The position numbers and the translations under genes were made by a program. The notes below the pieces were generated by a model. It was not told the DNA's origin and did no database searches. It worked only from the letters and a program-made list of their open reading frames with translations. A DNA stretch of 64,000 nucleotides from Candidatus Poribacteria bacterium (GTDB lineage: Bacteria; Poribacteria; WGA-4E; WGA-3G), in NCBI GenBank assembly GCA_965215265.1, contig OZ244048.1, positions 3,328,001-3,392,000 on the forward strand, written 5' to 3'. Positions 60,435 through 64,000 of this stretch are shown piece after piece (the stretch's first letter is position 1; the number at the start of each line of letters is the position of its first letter).

Positions 60435-61915
60435 ATGAAAAATGCACTCTATTTCGGGGATAACCTCAAGGTCATGCGAGAAATGTCAACGGGTAGTTAC
60501 CATCTCTGCTACCTCGATCCACCGTTTAACAGCGGCCGCAACTACAATATTTTTTTAGCTGGTTCTAAAGCGCAACGAAAGGCATTTGGCGATATCTGGC
60601 AGTGGGACGATGCGGCTCGCGAAAATCAGTCAGCGGTTCTGCACTACGATGGGCAACACCCGGAGTTGGTTGAGGTAATGGATAAGTTGTCAAACTGTTT
60701 AAAAGGAATTAACAAATTTTTAAGGGGGGGGGTAAACAAGAAGAATCCATGCGTGCCTATCTCGCCTTCATGGTGTCACGTTTGGCAGAGATTTGGCGGT
60801 TATTGAAACCCAACGGTAGCGTCTATCTACACTGCGATCCGCACGCGAGTCATTATCTGAAAATACTTATGGACGTGATTTTTGGTGCTGAAAATTTCAG
60901 AAATGAGATTGTATGGTGCTACACTGGTCCCGGTTCCCCGAAGATGCGGCAATTCAACCGCAAGCACGATAACATTCTCTGGTATTCTAAAGGGAAAACG
61001 TGGACCTTCAATAAAGACGATGTGCGGATACCCCACAAAGGCGGAAAACCGCATGCAGGTGGATTCACCGGAGGCAGAAGATCTATTGGAGATCCGTATT
61101 ATGAACAGACAGGGAAAATTCCTGAAACATGGTGGACAGATATAGCAGTTGCGGTTCGTTCTTCCAAGGAACGCCTCGGTTATCCGACGCAGAAGCCGTT
61201 AAAGCTGCTGGAGCGCATCATTAAAGCCTCATCCAACCCTGGAGACATCGTCTTAGATGCGTTTTGTGGCTGCGGTACGGCCTTGGACGCTGCACATGGG
61301 TTATCTCGACACTGGGTAGGCATCGACTTAACCGTGCTTGCGTTAGAGCCGATGGAGCGAAGGCTTCGCGAACGTCATGGCCTTCGTCCGAAAACGGATT
61401 ATCAGATTGAAGGTTACCCGACAACGCGTCAGGATGCACTGCTTCTTGCCAAGCAAAACCCGAACGATTTTGCAAATTGGGCAGTCACTCGATTGGGCCT
61501 CACGCCAACGCCAAATAGCAACGACGGCGGATTTGATGGCACTGGGAAAATTGTGCTGTGGGAGAGTGGCCACCTCCTACAACATGAACAGGCGAAGTTG
61601 CCGGTCATCGCTGAAGTGAAATCAGGTAAAAGTTTAAATCCGGGTCAAGTGCGTGCCTTCCGGACGGCGATGCGGGATAACGGGGCAGCTATTGGGATTT
61701 TCATTACACTCCATCCTGTCACACGCGGCATCAGGAACCTCGCGGAAGCAGAGGGATATATCACACACAACGGGAAGCAATATTCGAGATTACAGTTCTG
61801 GCAGATAACAGATATCTATTTTGAAGATGGCACTATTCCTATTCGCTTACCGTGGCAGCTTGACGAGCGGCCAAAGGCAGAAACGCATTATGGTGGTGAA
61901 CAAATTTCTTTTTGA
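60435..61915 (+). pseudogene. N4C/N6A DNA methyltransferase with C-terminal Mrr-like endonuclease domain, frameshifted at a G9 tract
   Basis: 5' frame LYFGDNL...YLDPPFNS; 3' frame YPTQKP..LLERII, VLDAFCGCGT, DGGFDG...AEVKSG; G9 at 60724-60732 lies at the frame junction. Confidence 0.85.
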
Positions 61916-62206
61916 TACCGTACCTAGATAAGTGGATAGCAGCTAAGCGTGCTTTGGTGAGATGAGCACACGAACGTTCAGACCTGCCGCATGAATCTGA
62001 TTATAGGATGCCCCGGATTCTGATTTGATTCCGCTATGAATACCTGAAATCAACGGTATCAGTGTGAAGGCATTCGGCGGCGTTGATTCGGAATGCCATG
62101 CGTGCATTCCACCTTGATTTAAGGTCCTGAACGCTTTAATCTACGAAAAAAGGAGGCAGCTTGCTTCTTATTCTTTCTATAGGAGGCGCTTACCGCTAAC
62201 GATACC

Positions 62207-63181
62207 ATGAATTCAGCAGAATTAGAATTCGAGAAACCGTTTATTGAATTGGAGGGCCACCTGTTGCAGCTAAAGACCTTTGCGCAGACACATCCAGAGT
62301 TGGACCTCTCTCAAGGAATTAACGCGCTAAAAGAGAACGCGGAAGTTCTCACTAAACAGAAGTTCCAAAAACTCAGTCGCTGGGATAAGGTACAGTTAGC
62401 ACGCCACGTGCAGCGTCCACAAGCCTCTGTCTATATTGATGCACTCTTTGAGGAACCGATTGAACTTCACAGTGATAAACTGTATGGAGATGACAGGGCT
62501 CTGATCGGCGGCTTGACGTGGTTTGTTGGGCAGCCAGTCGTCTACCTTGCACAGCAGAAAGGCACGAATTTTAAAGAGAGACAAGAGATGAACTTCGGCT
62601 ATACACATCCGGAAGGCTATCGTAAAGCCCGGCGGTTGATGCAGTTAGCCGATAAGTTTAACCGGCCTTTAATCTGTTTGGTGGATACGCCGGGCGCACA
62701 CTTCGATCTACGTTCTGAAGAATATGGACAAGCGATGGCGATTGCTGAAAACCTGGCCGAGATGATGCGGATGCGTGTTCCCATTCTCGTCGTTATTATT
62801 GGGGAAGGTGGGAGCGGCGGTGCATTAGCCATTGCTTTGGGAAACCGTGTCCTGATGATGGAGTACGCCATCTATTGTGTCGCGCCTCCCGAAGCTTGCA
62901 GCGGCATCGTGTGGAAGGATAAAGGCGAACACGCACCTGAAGCAACGGAGGGCTATAAACCGACAGCACCTGACCTACTCAAACTCGGTATTATTGATGG
63001 GATTATCCGTGAACCCCTTGGCGGTGCACACCGAGATGCAACGGCTGCGGCACGCAACGTCAAACGGGCAATCCGAAAACACCTTTCGGAATTGATGCAG
63101 CTCACCCCTGAACAACTTATCCAACAGCGATATGAAAAGTATCGACATCTCGGGCTTTATGGTGAGGATTCTGTAAAATAG
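62207..63181 (+). CDS. accA: Acetyl-CoA carboxylase carboxyltransferase alpha subunit
   Basis: LEFEKP, PEGYRKA.RLM, DTPGA, GEGGSGGALA, EPLGGAHR. Confidence 0.96.
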   Translation: MNSAELEFEKPFIELEGHLLQLKTFAQTHPELDLSQGINALKENAEVLTKQKFQKLSRWDKVQLARHVQRPQASVYIDALFEEPIELHSDKLYGDDRALIGGLTWFVGQPVVYLAQQKGTNFKERQEMNFGYTHPEGYRKARRLMQLADKFNRPLICLVDTPGAHFDLRSEEYGQAMAIAENLAEMMRMRVPILVVIIGEGGSGGALAIALGNRVLMMEYAIYCVAPPEACSGIVWKDKGEHAPEATEGYKPTAPDLLKLGIIDGIIREPLGGAHRDATAAARNVKRAIRKHLSELMQLTPEQLIQQRYEKYRHLGLYGEDSVK

Positions 63182-63254
63182 AACGAGAATCCTTTGGCTA
63201 ACACTAATGTATATTCATACGCAACACCTATAAGTGGTGCTCCTTACGAAATCC

Positions 63255-64000
63255 ATGAAAATCCGAACGATTACCACGGGGGTTCCGTCTCCATTCTCGT
63301 CACACTATCTCCAGTGCGCTGCTGAATTTAACACAGTGTGCCGCACCTATTTTGAAGAAAACGGTTACGAGGTGCAATCGACACGGTTGAGCAGTCAAGC
63401 TTGGGATGAGTCACCAACCGTCGACGTGCTTCTCTCCTTGGAATCAGAGGCAAACGCATTAGGAGTTGAATTTCTCAGTTTAGGCACGATCTTCCCTGAT
63501 AATCTAAATACTGCAAGACATCTTGAACGGGTTGCTGACGCAATTGTCCAGAGCGAAACGCTTTTTGCAACTGTTACCCTCACGAAGCGATCAGGACAAG
63601 TAGCACGGGATATTGCCGAAACCACCGCCACCATCATTCAAGAAATAGCACGGTGCACCGAAGAGGGATACGGGAACCTCCGTTTTGCAGCGTTAATGAA
63701 TTGCCCACCAAACACGCCCTTCTTTCCGGCAGCATACTGGCACGGCACCGGTATCAATTTCGGCATTGGTTGGCAAGCTGCTGACTTAGTGCATAACGCT
63801 TTCGCTAACGCGCCAGATTTTGATACTGCACTACAGCACCTCAAAACGCTTATGGAGACAGAGGGACAGAAGATTGTCGCGCTTGCACAAACCTTGGCAC
63901 AGATACACGGTATCACGTTTATCGGAATAGACGTTTCACCGGCCCCTATGGGAGATGACAGCATCGCTTATGCAATTGAGCAACAGCTACCCGGGCGTTT
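63255..64000 (+). CDS. DUF711 (UPF0210-like) family protein, runs off the window end
   Basis: Manual translation MKIRTITTG...GYEVQSTR...NLRFAALMNCPPNTPFFPAAY...GIDVSPAP; absent from the ORF track because it has no stop. Confidence 0.8.
   Translation, partial: MKIRTITTGVPSPFSSHYLQCAAEFNTVCRTYFEENGYEVQSTRLSSQAWDESPTVDVLLSLESEANALGVEFLSLGTIFPDNLNTARHLERVADAIVQSETLFATVTLTKRSGQVARDIAETTATIIQEIARCTEEGYGNLRFAALMNCPPNTPFFPAAYWHGTGINFGIGWQAADLVHNAFANAPDFDTALQHLKTLMETEGQKIVALAQTLAQIHGITFIGIDVSPAPMGDDSIAYAIEQQLPGR

Noticed and set aside
1-64000. CRISPR arrays, tRNA/rRNA genes, prophage, intein in DnaB
   Set aside because: No spaced direct repeats, cloverleaf motifs or phage genes seen; DnaB is normal length

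Overview
Bacterial chromosomal segment (~48% GC by eye) from a diderm organism (TonB-dependent receptor, MlaEFD). Three PhyH dioxygenases, several Gfo/Idh/MocA-type and other oxidoreductases and a DUF6785-like membrane protein suggest Ca. Poribacteria, but this is an inference. The left part holds the end of a radical-SAM/SPASM operon with two PCP_red-domain proteins, a cysK-cysH-sulfur carrier-JAMM-NIL sulfur assimilation operon, a carbohydrate catabolic operon, a decayed mobile patch (resolvase, GIY-YIG, truncated M16 peptidase, IS982 fragment), two ABC-2 permeases and a TonB-dependent receptor. The right part is mostly housekeeping: plsC, ychF, leuB, rpsF-ssb-rpsR-rplI-dnaB, mlaEFD, radA-PIN/TRAM-ispD-ispF-cysS, dprA, a frameshifted DNA methyltransferase, accA and a DUF711 gene. 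Best leads: (1) an unannotated 20-aa Cys-containing leader ORF plus a 17-bp hairpin inside the cys operon (candidate cysteine attenuator); (2) a methyltransferase/endonuclease gene split at a G9 tract (candidate phase variation); (3) a long MlaD with a C-terminal beta-barrel-like domain; (4) the radical-SAM/PCP_red cluster; (5) an unannotated 37-aa very basic protein; (6) several structured intergenic elements. No tRNA, rRNA or CRISPR array was seen. All calls come from reading motifs; no database search was run.
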